From: Eledone cirrhosa
Lineage: Eukaryota
NCBI GenBank assembly: GCA_964016885.1
Contig: OZ024743.1
Location: forward strand, 371,194,001 to 371,258,000
Direction: 5' to 3'
Length of the DNA stretch: 64,000 nucleotides
Below the pieces are notes generated by a model. It ran no database searches. It saw only the letters and a list, made by a program, of their open reading frames with translations, and was not told where the DNA came from. The first letter of the stretch is position 1. Each line of letters opens with the position of its first letter. Shown here piece by piece: positions 51,941 through 64,000 of this stretch. The translations under genes and the position numbers were made by a program.

Positions 51941-52084
51941 ATTTAATATAGAAATGGCTTCTACGGGACTAGAACTGTTTCATTCGGAGGAAATCATCAG
52001 AAAGCCGAATGTCAATTTAAATTTCTGGTATCTATACATTTTGTCATGGTAAGGGAAGGGGGGGGGGGGTAGAGGTCATGGTGG
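51941..52084 (-). repeat. Inverted copy of the PLE 3' end with hammerhead (51955-52006)
   Basis: Reverse complement of ~51236-51386. Confidence 0.88.
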
Positions 52085-52523
52085 CATTAAAAGATGGGGA
52101 TTCTTAGAAAAAACAAAATTTATTTAGAGAAAGAAGTTTAGTGTCAAGTTGCAATTGAAATAAACACTACCTTATTCTATAGTACAAAAGGTATATAAGT
52201 AGTTGATTGAACATCTGTGGAAATGGTAGGTTAGTACAAGGTCACAAGCACACGCGCATACGCACACACACATGCACATAAATACATATATACACATACA
52301 TATATATATATACAGACACACATGTATATATATATACACACACTCTTACACAAATATATATATACACACATATATATACACACACATAGACACACACACA
52401 CATATATATACATACATATACATATATATATATATATATACACATGTACATACACATACATACATATATATACACATATATATATACATACACACATATA
52501 TACATATACATATATATATATAT

Positions 52524-52564
<41 letters not shown>

Positions 52565-52622
52565 CATACACACATACATTATATACACACACACTCTTAC
52601 ACAAATATATATATATATACAC

Positions 52623-52671
<49 letters not shown>

Positions 52672-52701
52672 CATACACACACATACACACACACATATAT
52701 A

Positions 52702-53006
52702 TCACCATCATCATCATCATCATTTTACGTCCGCTTTTCCCTGCTTGCAAGGGTGGGACGGGTCTTATTCAGCACAGCATCTCTCCACTCGTCACGGTCC
52801 CTCGTCATCTCCACCGTGAGCTTCAATGATCTGAGGTCTGTTCTCACTACCTCCGCCCATGTTTTTCGTGGTCTACCTCTACCACGTCTTCCTTCAACTG
52901 GCATTTCCTGGCACTTCTTCACCCATCGGTCATCCTCCATGCGCATCACATGTCCATACCACCTCAGTCTCCTCTCCCGTACACTACATTCTATCCCTCT
53001 CAGACA

Positions 53007-53010
<4 letters not shown>
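52702..53010 (-). mobile_element. RTE family C 3' fragment
   Basis: KLCLRGIECSVRERRLRWYGHV...REKRT* followed by the tail. Confidence 0.95.
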
Positions 53011-53049
<39 letters not shown>

Positions 53050-53079
53050 CACACACATATATATATATATACATACACA

Positions 53080-56000
53080 CGTTTAATTTTGGCCGAAAAT
53101 CCTAGGATTTATAAAATGGCCTCCTTGCCCCTCCTAATCTTTACTACCCCCCGCCCCTCCCTTCTCTCACCAAATATAAAATAAACCTGTTACGAGGTAT
53201 GAATCTCAGAATTTGTCAAATCTTATTAATGGTCACACTGCTCGCACTCCTGTGAAATGTAATGTAAAGTGCCATTTTCTTTTCTTGTCTCTCCATCTTG
53301 TCGGTCCATCTCATTGCTATTCTATAATTCTGTCAGGTTGTTCTAAATATTATTCGCTTATTACTGTTATATGCTTGTCCAATTATGCCCAAAATTCGAG
53401 GATTTTATTTAAACCTTCTCGCTAACTACCCCATACCCCTCCCACCCGCCCCCATTATTATTTCGACCAATCATAAGTCAGCGGCCTATGCTATCACTTC
53501 TTCGGGTTGCCTTTCGATATGATGGATGGACTAGGGAATTCTAGAGAGTCAGAAAAATCTGGACACTCAGTGACAATGCCAAAGATAAAGATAAATTCAC
53601 CTCATGCTGCCGGACGAAAAGGCAAGGACTCCTCATTATTTCGGCCGCGGATGGCCAACATAACCCCAACCCCAGCCCCCTCACCCCTCCCTGCGTCCCA
53701 CCGTTCCCACCCACCAAATGCAATCCAAAACTTCAGAGTTGGTACCATGAATGTAGCCACCTTAAAAGGTCGCTCTAACGAGGTTGTAGAAATACTTGAA
53801 CGTAAGGAGGTTGATGTTTGCTGTATCAAAGAGACTGCCTGGCGTTATAAAAGACAGATTCTATGAGACATTGATGCTCACTACCTTCCAAATAACCGAC
53901 AGTGACTACATAATTATTGCTGGCGACCTAAATGGTCACGTTGGACGACATTGTGATGGCTATGACAGAATCCATGGAGGCTAGAAATGAGGAAGGCTCC
54001 AGAATCCTGGAATTCTGTGACGCAAATAACCTAACCGTCTGTAACACTAACTTAAAAAAACAGGACAATCACTTGATCACCTATAGATCAGGGGAACACA
54101 CCAGTCAGATAGATTATATCCTTACTAGAAGATGTGATAGAGTGTCTGTTGTAAACACTAAATCCATCCCCCATGAAGAATGCACCTCCCAACATAGACT
54201 CATAGTCAGCGACCTCATAGTCAGGACAAGACGTAGTCGACAACAGAGGAGGACTATCCTCAGGAGAAAAATATGAAAGCTAAAGGACCCCACAGCCAGT
54301 AATAAATTTAAAAGCATATTACTTGATGCTTTTGACAGTAAGGAAGAGCAATTAGAGTCGTACAATATAGAGGAACAGTGGAAATTCCTGAAAGCTAACC
54401 TGCTGAAGGCGTCAGATGATGTTTGTGGCTGGAGCAGGCCTATAGGCAGGAGGAGAGTAACGTGGTGGTGGAACAGTAAGGTGGAGGAGTCAATTAAGGC
54501 CAAAAAGCAGGCTGGGAAAGTATGGCGGGATGGGGGAAGTAGAGAAGACTATCAAGTGGCTAGGAGGGAAGCTAGGAGACAAGTGTACTTCGCAAGAAGG
54601 GAAGCAGAGGAAAGAAAGTTCAAGCATGTTCTACAACGCGAGGACCAAAAACATGAGGTGTTCAGGATTGCTAGGTAATGTGTCAAGGAAAACAGTGATA
54701 TTGTCGGGGAGAAGTGTGTCCTTAATGATGATGGTGTACTTGCCATCACTGACGCTGATAAGAAGGTAGCTTGGAAGTGTCACTACGAAAGGCTACTAAA
54801 TGAGGAGAATAATTGGGAGAAAGACAGTCTCCCCCACATAGATCCAATAGAGGGACCAGCAGTGCTAGTTGAAGGTAGTATAATAAGTAAGGCAATCAAA
54901 GATATGAAGACGGGTAAGGCGGCTGGGCCTTCGGAAATAGTTGCTGAGATGCTGAAAGCATCTGGAATGGTGGGACACACTATGGTCACCCGGATAGTAA
55001 ACCAAGTCATACAGAATGGGGTCGTTCTGAAGGACTGGCGTAGCAGCATCATCATTAACTGCTACAAGGGTAAACGAGATGCCCTAGATAGGGGTAACTA
55101 TAGAGGCATTAAATTAATCGACCAGGTCGTGAAGGTCACAGAAAAAGTAATGGCGCAACTAATCAAAGAGCGAATTGATCTAGATGAAATGCAGTTCTGG
55201 TTTGTGTCAGGTAAAAGTACCACAGACGCTCTTTTCATTGTACGACAACTACAAGAACCTAGCTAAAAGTAAACCCCTATACTTAGCTTTTGTTGACTTG
55301 GAGAAAGCCTTTGACAGAGTCCCCCCGCTCCATTATCTGGTGGTCTCTTAGAAAACTAGGTGTTGATGAATGGCTTGTGAGAGCTATACAAGCCATGTAT
55401 AAAGAAACAGTCAGCAAGGTTAGAATTAACAATGAATATAGTGAAGAGTTTAGTGTAAAAGTTAGTGTTCATCAGGACTCCGTCCTTAGCCCCTTCCTAT
55501 TTATTATTGCCCTTCAGGCTATAACAGAGTTCAAGACCGGCTGCCCATGGGAACTCCTATACGCAGATGATCTAACACTCATAGCTGAATCAATGGCCGA
55601 ACTAGAGAAGAAATTCCAAATATGGAAGCATGGCCTAGAATCAAAAGGCCTTAACCTGTCTAAGACTGAAGTTCTAGTTTGTAGGAAGGAAAATAGGGCA
55701 CCAGTCCCATCTGGGAAATGGCCATGCTCTGTGTGTAGGAAAGGAGTAGGTAGAAACTCCATTTTATGTCCCAAATGCAAAGTATGGGTGCATAAAAGAT
55801 GTAGTGGAATCACAGGTAAGCTAACTAAGAATATAGATTTTATATGTGGCCGGTGATCTGGTGCAATAAATAGCAGCAAGTGCCCACAGAATACTAGCTC
55901 ATTCCATTGTACAGATGGTTCTATAGAAATAGTGGACACCTTCCGTTACCTGGGTGACAAAATCAGCAGTGGTGGAGTGTGCTCGGAAAGTACAGTAGCT

Positions 56001-56691
56001 AGAGCCAGAACGGGATGGAAAAAGTTCAGAGAGCTTATACCACTATTGGCCGCTAAAGGGTTCTCTCTAAAAATGAAAGGCAGGCTGTATGATGCCTGCA
56101 TACGAACAGCAATGTTGCATGGCAGTGGGACCTGGGCATTGTGTGCAGAGGATATATGCAGACTGGAGAGGAACGAAGCCTGCATGCTCCGCTGGATGTG
56201 TAATAGTAATATACGTGAACGGCAAAGCATAAATGAACTAAGGGAGAAATTAGGAATAAGAGGGATCAGATGCTGTTTACTCGAGAGAAGACTACGTTGG
56301 TACGGCCACGTGATGCACATGAAAGACGACAGCTGTATAAAAAAGTGCAGGGCGATAAAAATAGACGGTAGCTACGGAGGAGGCAGACCCAGAAAAACCT
56401 TGGACGACTTGATAAATTCCGACCTCCCACACTTACACCTCTCCAAGACAATGTCACTGGACCCAGATCTTTGGCGCTACACAGTAATACAGAAGACCCG
56501 CCTTGCCTAAGTACAAAGCGAAACCTACAGTCAGTAGGCACCTCCAACAAAAATACACCATGGCCCCACTACCTCCACCCCATCCATACCACCTCTTCCA
56601 ATGTAAAGTTGTGTTGGTACCACAACATCCAGTCCGAAACAAATGAGGTCGTGTAGGTGTCACGACAAAAAACACAGTCCATGCTGTAATG
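53080..56691 (+). mobile_element. RTE family A-related near full-length pseudo-copy (5'UTR, APE with deletion, RT, PHD), 3'UTR cut by satellite
   Basis: [33 protein letters not shown] motifs, several stops and frameshifts; 5' boundary approximate. Confidence 0.93.
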
Positions 56692-56702
56692 CTATATATA
56701 TA

Positions 56703-56735
<33 letters not shown>

Positions 56736-56940
56736 CTATATACTATATATATATATATATATATATACTATATATATATATATATACTATATATATATAT
56801 ACTATATACTATATATATATACTATATACTATATATATATATATATACTATATATATATATACTATATATATATATATACTATATATATATATATAGTAT
56901 GTATATAAAAATAAATATACTATATATATATATATAAGTA
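56692..56940. repeat. (TA)nC variant satellite (tactatata)
   Basis: Directly visible. Confidence 0.9.
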
Positions 56941-57364
56941 TGTATACGTACATACATATATGAATACAGACGTACAGTAGTATGTATATATATATACATA
57001 CATGCACACATATATATATGTACGTATGGATTCACCAAACATTTATTATAATGCTCGGTGTGTTTGTAAACAAACATCCCGAATTAAGCCGTACAGTGTC
57101 TAACAACCATCGTTGCTCATTTGTTCAACACTTACAAAGGAACGCTGTACTAGTTTCAAGCTTATTAGCTATCGTCAGCAATGTATACCTTCCTGCCAGA
57201 TGATTGAACGTCGGAAAGTATATACTTTCCTTATGCATATTAACGGCTGAGCAGCCTAATTTGCATATCGAGTGAGTTAATTGGCTGGGCGCACCGAAAA
57301 CGATAAACGGAAAAAATGAAACTAAATTTCATTTCTCACTCTTAGTACGGCTGTTACTTAAATA

Positions 57365-58542
57365 TAACTATTCAATGTTGGTGTCTCTGGAAGGTTACTA
57401 CAGTGGATCAAATGTTTCCTGACAGGCAGAACCCAGCATGTTGTAGTCGAAGGAGTAAAATCAAGCCCTGCCAATGTCAGCAGTGGCGTTCCACAAGGCA
57501 CTGTGTTGGGCCCACTTCTTTTTATCATCTACATTTATGACATTACTGACATCATCAAACACAGCAACATCAGAATCTTCGCAGATGATTCCAAGCTCCA
57601 AAGGGTCATCAATGATGTGGGTGACCGGACTTGCTTTCAGTCAGACCTACTGGCTGTTATCCAATGGGCAGAGATGAATAATATACTGTTGAATGAGGAT
57701 AAATTTGAACTAATCCACTTTCGAAAAAAGGATGCCCTGAAACTACCATACTCTCTTCCTTTGAGTGAAACTCTAGTGGCTTCCAATAACATCAGAGACC
57801 TGGGAGTAATTGTGGACAACAATATAAGTTGGGCCACTCATATAAACAGCAAAGTTGATATGGCCCACAGAATGTGTTCCTGAATTCTCAGAACTTTCCA
57901 GTTGAGAGATATCCACACTGTTGTCCTTCTCTTCTCCACTTTTGCCCGACCCCCACCTTGAATACTGTTGTCCATTGTGGTCACCCCACACGAAACAAAA
58001 TATCATGAAAGTTGAAGCACCCCAAAGGTCAATTACAAAAAAGATAATTGGCATGACAGGCCTTGACTATTGGGGTCGATTAGAAAAGCTCAAACTTTAT
58101 TCTCTTCAAAGTCGCCGTGAGCGCTACATTATCTGTATGATGTGGGAAATAGTCCATCAGCTTAGCCCAAATGATGTTGGCATCATCTTTAGTGTAAACC
58201 CAAGGATTGGGCCCCGTGCTACCCGCCCAGGACAAAAATCCCACTCGCATCACATAACAACAATACGGCACAATTATTTCACCTCAATTGGCCCTGCACT
58301 CTTTAACATTACACCAAAACACATCAAAGCAGAGACAGACCCCATCAAGTTCAAAAAATCTTTGGATAAATTCCTTCAAGAAATCCCGGATAAGCCTCCT
58401 ACACCCGGATATGCCTCCGTAAACAATAAGTCTCTGCTCGAGTGGGCCATGGTGCCCAAACACTGATTTGTAAGACTTCGCCAGGTGGTGCTATTAAGTT
58501 AGACATGGCCTGGGCCAATACTGGACGAAACCTATCAAAGTT
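57365..58542 (+). mobile_element. CR1-group LINE, 5'-truncated
   Basis: SGVPQGTVLGPLLF, IFADD, RDLGVIVD, PHLEYCCPLWSP, LYSLQSRRERY; short 3'UTR hairpin CCAGG..CCTGG; ends in a TA tract. Confidence 0.92.
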
Positions 58543-58615
58543 ATATATATATATATATATATATATAAACATATATATATATATATATATAAACATATAT
58601 ATATATATATATATA

Positions 58616-58657
<42 letters not shown>

Positions 58658-58912
58658 TATGTGTTGATATATACATAAATATATAAACATATATATATAT
58701 ATCTATATGAACCCGGTCATTGAAATGATCATAGTATAATAAACCTTTTAAGCAATTACACCAGTCCAACTTCCTGTTATTTTATAATAATTAATCGCAC
58801 TACCAACTACACAAAAGAAAACGGGTGAGTTGCATTACGTTGAGTGCTCTCCTTAATATTACATCCAGTGGTGGACCAACAAACCTAAATAAATATATAT
58901 ATGTATATAGAT

Positions 58913-59258
58913 GGAGGCACATGGCTTAGTGGTTAGAGCATTGGCCTTGCAATCGAAAGGTTGTGAGTTCAATTCTCAGACCGGGTGATGTGTTGTTTCC
59001 TTGAGCAAGACACTTTATTTCACATTGCTCCAGTTTACTCAGCTGTAGAAATGAGATGATAGGGACTGGAGTCCCTATCATTCCACTGCAAAGTGGTCGT
59101 GGAGGTGCCACGGCAAAAAAGCACCCAGCACTCACTGTAAATGAGGTTGGTGTTAGGAAGGGCATCCAGCTGTAGAAATCAAGCCAGAATCAGTTCCCGT
59201 CCCACCCTTGCAAGCAGGGAAAAAGCGGACGTAAAATGAAATGATGATGAATGATGAT
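58913..59258 (+). mobile_element. tRNA-derived SINE with RTE-derived tail
   Basis: Same family as 19329-19660. Confidence 0.93.
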
Positions 59259-59589
59259 ATATATATGTGTGTGTGTGTGTGTGTGTATATATATAAATAT
59301 ATATACACCATGACTAACACCATCCACCACCACCACCATTACCAGCGTAAAGCAAACAGTTATCATTTTTATTATATAAAAACTGAACTGGACTGGGAAA
59401 AGTCAACAGTTGACATGATTTTGATTTTGTATCAGTACTGCCAGTAATATATATATATATATATATATATGTGAGTGTTGTGTGTGTTTGTATGCATGAA
59501 TGAGTGTTGGTGTGTGAGTGGCTTGTGTGTTTGTAGTTTGTATGCATGAGTGTTGGTGTGTGAGTGTGTGTGCGTGTCGTGTCAATAAG

Positions 59590-62500
59590 TATTTTTTTTT
59601 TATGACCATGCTGTAAAATGGAGGGCTAAAGAGGGTCCTTGAGTCTAGTAAGACATCCTGTCTAGTGCTGGTGGCACAAATAAAAGCACCCAGTCCATGC
59701 TGTAAAGTGGCGCTGGTGGTAGGAAGGGCGTCAAACCAGTGTACCAATGCCAAAACGCTTATCAGCACAGCAACAAATATATAGGAACAACAAAAATATG
59801 AAGACGTTGCATCTCAGAGTTGCAACACTTAATGTTGGCACTCTCAGAGGTAGATCTGGTGAGATAGCGGAGATGCTGGAGAGAAGGCATGTGGATGTGT
59901 GCTGCGTGCAAGAGGTGAGATGGAGAGGTTCCTCTGCGAGACTAGTCGTAGGCAAACATCTTAGCTATAAGCTTTTCTGGGTAGATAAGGATGATGGGTT
60001 AGGGGGAGTAGGTATTTTCCTGGCTGAGAGATGGATCAATAAGACAATAGAGGTAGTTCGAGTTAGTAATCGAATAATTAAGCTTAGATTAGTTGTAGGT
60101 AGGAGACTACTGACAATCATCTCTGCCTAGGCAAAGATGAGGAAGACTGCTTTTACGAGCAACTTTTACAAACAACCGCAATGACAGAGGACGGAGACAT
60201 TGTTATGCTAGCAGGGGACTTCAATCGTCATGTTGACAGCTCCAGGATGGTTATGGTGGGCACAGTTACAGCTCAAGAAATGAAGGACTGAGACTTCTTA
60301 AATTTTGTGATGCAAGTACACTTACCATTTGCAACACTAACTTCCAGAAACCTGCCAATCACCTAATAATCTACAAATCTGGCGATCACATAAGCCAGAT
60401 TGACTTCTTACTAGTTAGGCAGCGGGACAGGCAGATAGTGTCTAATACCAAGGCATACCATGGGGAAGAATGTACCCCATAGCATAGGTTAGTCGTTAGT
60501 GATATCTCAGTAAGCAAGAGATGGAATGAGACATACAGGAAGGTGTGGAGAAGAAAGGTCTGGAAGCTAAAAGACCTTTCACTAAAATACAAATTTAGGA
60601 AAGCCCTTCAAGATGTATATGACGAAAAAGAAGACGATTTAGAGATGTATGACATAGATAATAACTGGAATTTCTTACGTGACAACTTACTGCAGGCTAC
60701 TGATGAAACTTGTGGCTGGAGCAGAGCTCCAACCAGTCAGAGAGTGACCTGGTGGTGGAACAGCACAGTAGATAAGGCCATTAGAGACAAAAGACTAGCA
60801 TGGAAGGCTTGGAAAAAGGATGGGAGTAGGGAAGAATATACAGCCGCTAAGAGAGAAGCTAGAAGTCAGGTGTACTTAGCACGCAGGGGGCTGAGAGTAG
60901 GAGGTTTGCCAATATTCTGTGATGGGGAGATCAGAGGTGTGCGGTGTTCCACATTGCAAGGCAGTGTGTCAATGCAAATCAGGATGTTGTTGGAGATAAA
61001 TGTGTCCGGAATGATGCCGGTGTACTTAGTGTCACGAATGATCAGAAAAAGGAAGCCTGGAAATGTCATTATGAGAGACTGATGAATGTGGAGAACGAAT
61101 GGGAGAGAGAAAGAGAAATTACCCTTAGTAGATCCGACAGAGGGACCAGCTATTGAGATTGACGAATATAGGGTCCAAGAGGCGATTAAGGAAATGAAAA
61201 ATGGTAAGGCTGCTGGACCATCGGGAATAGTTGCTGAGATGCTGAAGGCATCATGGGACGTAGGCACTAAACTGGTTGCATGCATCATCAATCAGGCTAT
61301 ATATGGTGGTGTCATACCCAAAGACTGGTGCAGCAGTATTCTCATAAATTGCTACAAAGGTAAAGGGGATGCTCTGGAGAGGAGCAATTATAGGGGTATA
61401 AAACTGATGGATCAGGTTATGAAAGTGGCAGAAAGGATATTAGCACAACTAATTAGAGAAAGGGTCAAACTAGATGAGATGCAGTTTGGTTTTGTGCCTG
61501 GGAAGAGTACAACAGATGCCCTCTTCTTGGTGAGACAATTGCAAGAGAGGTTCTTAGAGAAAAATAAGCCACTATACTTAGCCTTTGTTGACCTAGAGAA
61601 GGCCTTTGATAGGGTACCCCGATCTGTCATCTGGTGGTCCCTAAGGAAACTACGTTTTTAGGAATGGCTTGTGAGGACAGTGCAAACTTTGTACAGAGGT
61701 ACTGTCAGTAAAGTCAGGGTAGGAATGGAGTTTAGTGAGGAATTCCAGGTACAAGTAGGATTACATCAAGGTTCAGTCGTCAGCCCGCTCTTGTTCATTA
61801 TAGTCCTCCAAGCCATAACAGAGGAGTTTAAGACTGGCTGTCCATGGGAACTTCTCTATGCTGACGATCTGGTTCTTATAGCAGAATCAGTAGAGGAGCT
61901 AGAGAATAAATTCTGGCTATGGAAACAGCAGTTGGAAGCAAGAGGACTGAGAGTGAACGTAGCTAAGGCAAAAGTGTTGATGAGTAGAAAAGAGGACAGA
62001 ACTCTGATTCCATCAGGGAAATGGCCATGTTCGATATGCAGAAAAGGAACTGGCATAAATTCTATAAAATGCACACAATGCAGATCCTGGGTACACAAGA
62101 GAGGTAGCGGGATAGCAGGCAAACTAACAGGTAGAGAGAAATATGTATGCAGTAGATGTACAGGGAAATTAGACAGTAGAAGTCGCATTGATAGACACAT
62201 TTTTCAAATGCAGGAGGGTGCTATAGAAGTGGTGGATAGTTTCCGGCACCTAGCAGATCAGATTAGCATGGGAGGAGGGTGTTCCGAGGCCATAGTACCT
62301 AGAATAAGGACAGGTTGGAAGAAGTTTAGGGAGCTGCTTCCTGTGCTGATGAAGAAGGGTTTCTCCCTGCGTACGAAAGGCCGGTTGTATGATGCCTGTG
62401 AGGAGCATGATGCTGCATGGTAGTGAGACATGGGCAGCAACTGCAGAGGATATGCGAAGGCTGGAGAGAAATGAGGCAAGCATGCTCCGTTGGATGTGCA

Positions 62501-62846
62501 GTGTAAATGTGCATGAACGACCCAGCAAGAATGTGTTGAGAGAGAAACTGTGTCTGAGAGGGATAGAATGTAGTGTACAGGAGAGGAGACTGAGGTGGTA
62601 TGGACATGTGATGCGCTTGGAGGATGACCGATGGGTGAAGAAGTGTCAGGAAATGCCAGTTGAAGGAAGACGTGGTAGAGGTAGACCACGAAAAACATGG
62701 GCGGAGGTGGTGAAAACAGACCTCAGATCATTGAAGCTCACGGTGGAGATGACGAAGGACCGTGACGAGTGGAGAGATGCTGAATAAGACCCGTCCCACC
62801 CTTGCGAGCAGGGAAGAGCGGACGTAAAATGATGATGATGATGATG
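59590..62846 (+). mobile_element. RTE family C near full-length pseudo-copy
   Basis: RVATLNVGTL, VCCVQEVRW (APE), RT, PHD, tail; frameshifts; 5' boundary approximate. Confidence 0.95.
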
Positions 62847-62852
62847 TATATA

Positions 62853-64000
62853 CAGGGTGCGGACGATATTTGTTCGCAAGATTACTGTCTAGGAAAAAAT
62901 AACACAGTAGTTTTATTTTGTAAGATATATTTATCAAATTTGGGTCAGTTTGTCTTCATGACTTGATCTTTCGATCTCACTCGATAATCCCGCCATTGGC
63001 TTTGATGGCGGCCTCGGAACCACTACAGGCCTTCGTCACTGCCCCCCGACTTAGGCCCCTAAAGGCACTTATGATCCTGGCCTTCAGATCGTCTTTGGTA
63101 TTGCAGCTGTTGGTGTCTCGTTCCACTGCGCCCCACACAAAGAAGTCGAGGGGGTTGCAGTCAGGCAAGCTGGGAGGCCATATGTCAGGTGAAGTGTGGT
63201 CGATGAAGTTCTCTGACAGCGCGGCTTGGGTCTTTCGGCTGGTATGGCAGGGCGCTGAGTCTTGCTGCCACACGTACGGCCTACCTGCAGCTACCTTGTC
63301 AATCCAGGGCTTTACTACCTCGCTCAGGATGCGGATGTAGCCATCGGTGTTCAGCTTGTGGTCCTCGGGGAAGAAGTGGTCTTGGCAGAGGTTTTCTTGT
63401 CGGAGAAAAACCACAGCATGTCTGGCTCCAGTGGGTGTTTCAACTTGTTGATCAGCTTCTTTGCATGCTTCAGTCGCTTTTCTTGCATCGGCTTTGACAG
63501 AAATTGTCCTTTCCTCATCTCGTATGAAACGTAGCGAATGTCTTCATGTACCACCAGCCTAATGAGCTTTTCATCCACGCCTTTCTCCCTTGCAATGGCA
63601 CGCATCGACTTGCTAGGTTCATTGTTGATGATATCCTGAACTTCAGCAACGAACTCGAGCGTTCTGAAGGCGTCAGATCGTCGATCATGTCTTTTCCTCT
63701 CTGATGTTGCTTCGTAGTCGAATGCTGAATCTTCCAGTTCCTTTCTGACCTTTTCCACCATTCTCCTGCTGACGCTGAGAAAGTCTGAAATTTCCTTATT
63801 TGTCCTCCCGGCGCGGATTCCAAGAAGAACTCTGTGTCTCTTCCACAAATTTGGAGGTTCAAAATTATTCATAATCAATTATTCTGAAAAGAAATAATGG
63901 AAATATAGTCACTGTTTTTATGAAGACAAGAGTGACAACGGAAGTAAAAAAATTTTGCATAAAATTAGCAGTTGAAAATTGCGAACAAATATCGTCCACA
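62853..64000 (-). mobile_element. Tc1/mariner DD37D (maT) transposon, defective, right TIR cut by the window edge
   Basis: TA|CAGGGTGCGGACGATATTTGTTCGCAA with inverted match at 63979-64000; ORFs 63351-63878 (HTH, WFFSD) and 62977-63414 (QQD-37aa-D, WPPSLPDCNPLD); frameshift and deletion after the first Asp. Confidence 0.93.

Noticed and set aside
58500-58535. GGCC-aatac-TGGAC-GAAAC hammerhead-like end of the CR1
   Set aside because: No CUGANGA box; more likely an ordinary 3'UTR stem-loop.

Overview
AT-rich animal genomic DNA, most likely a coleoid cephalopod such as Octopus (inferred from the repeat families, not proven). It is almost entirely a nest of transposable elements embedded in (TA)n-derived satellite. 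Contents: about 18 copies or fragments of three RTE-clade LINE families (here called A, B and C; APE-RT with an inserted PHD-type finger and (GAT)n tails); many Penelope-like element (PLE) pieces, two with long RT+GIY-YIG ORFs; about 15 minimal type-I hammerhead ribozyme motifs (some degenerate), often in inverted pairs; a CR1-type LINE; tRNA-derived SINEs with RTE tails; a deleted piggyBac plus MITEs; a DD37D/maT transposon; a long-TIR element; a Helitron end; and a pogo-like end. One probable host exon (13720-13797, +, FG-nucleoporin-like) suggests the whole nest is intronic. The most unusual signal is a polarised, irregular satellite, (TA)nTTG / CAA(TA)n, in arrays up to 3.2 kb. Its unit equals the 3'-terminal ACA|ATAT junction of a resident PLE and also the sequence just after that PLE's hammerhead cleavage site. 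It flips polarity near 43 kb and sits at inversion and duplication breakpoints of RTE copies. All coordinates were read by eye and boundaries may be off by a few bases. No database searches were run.
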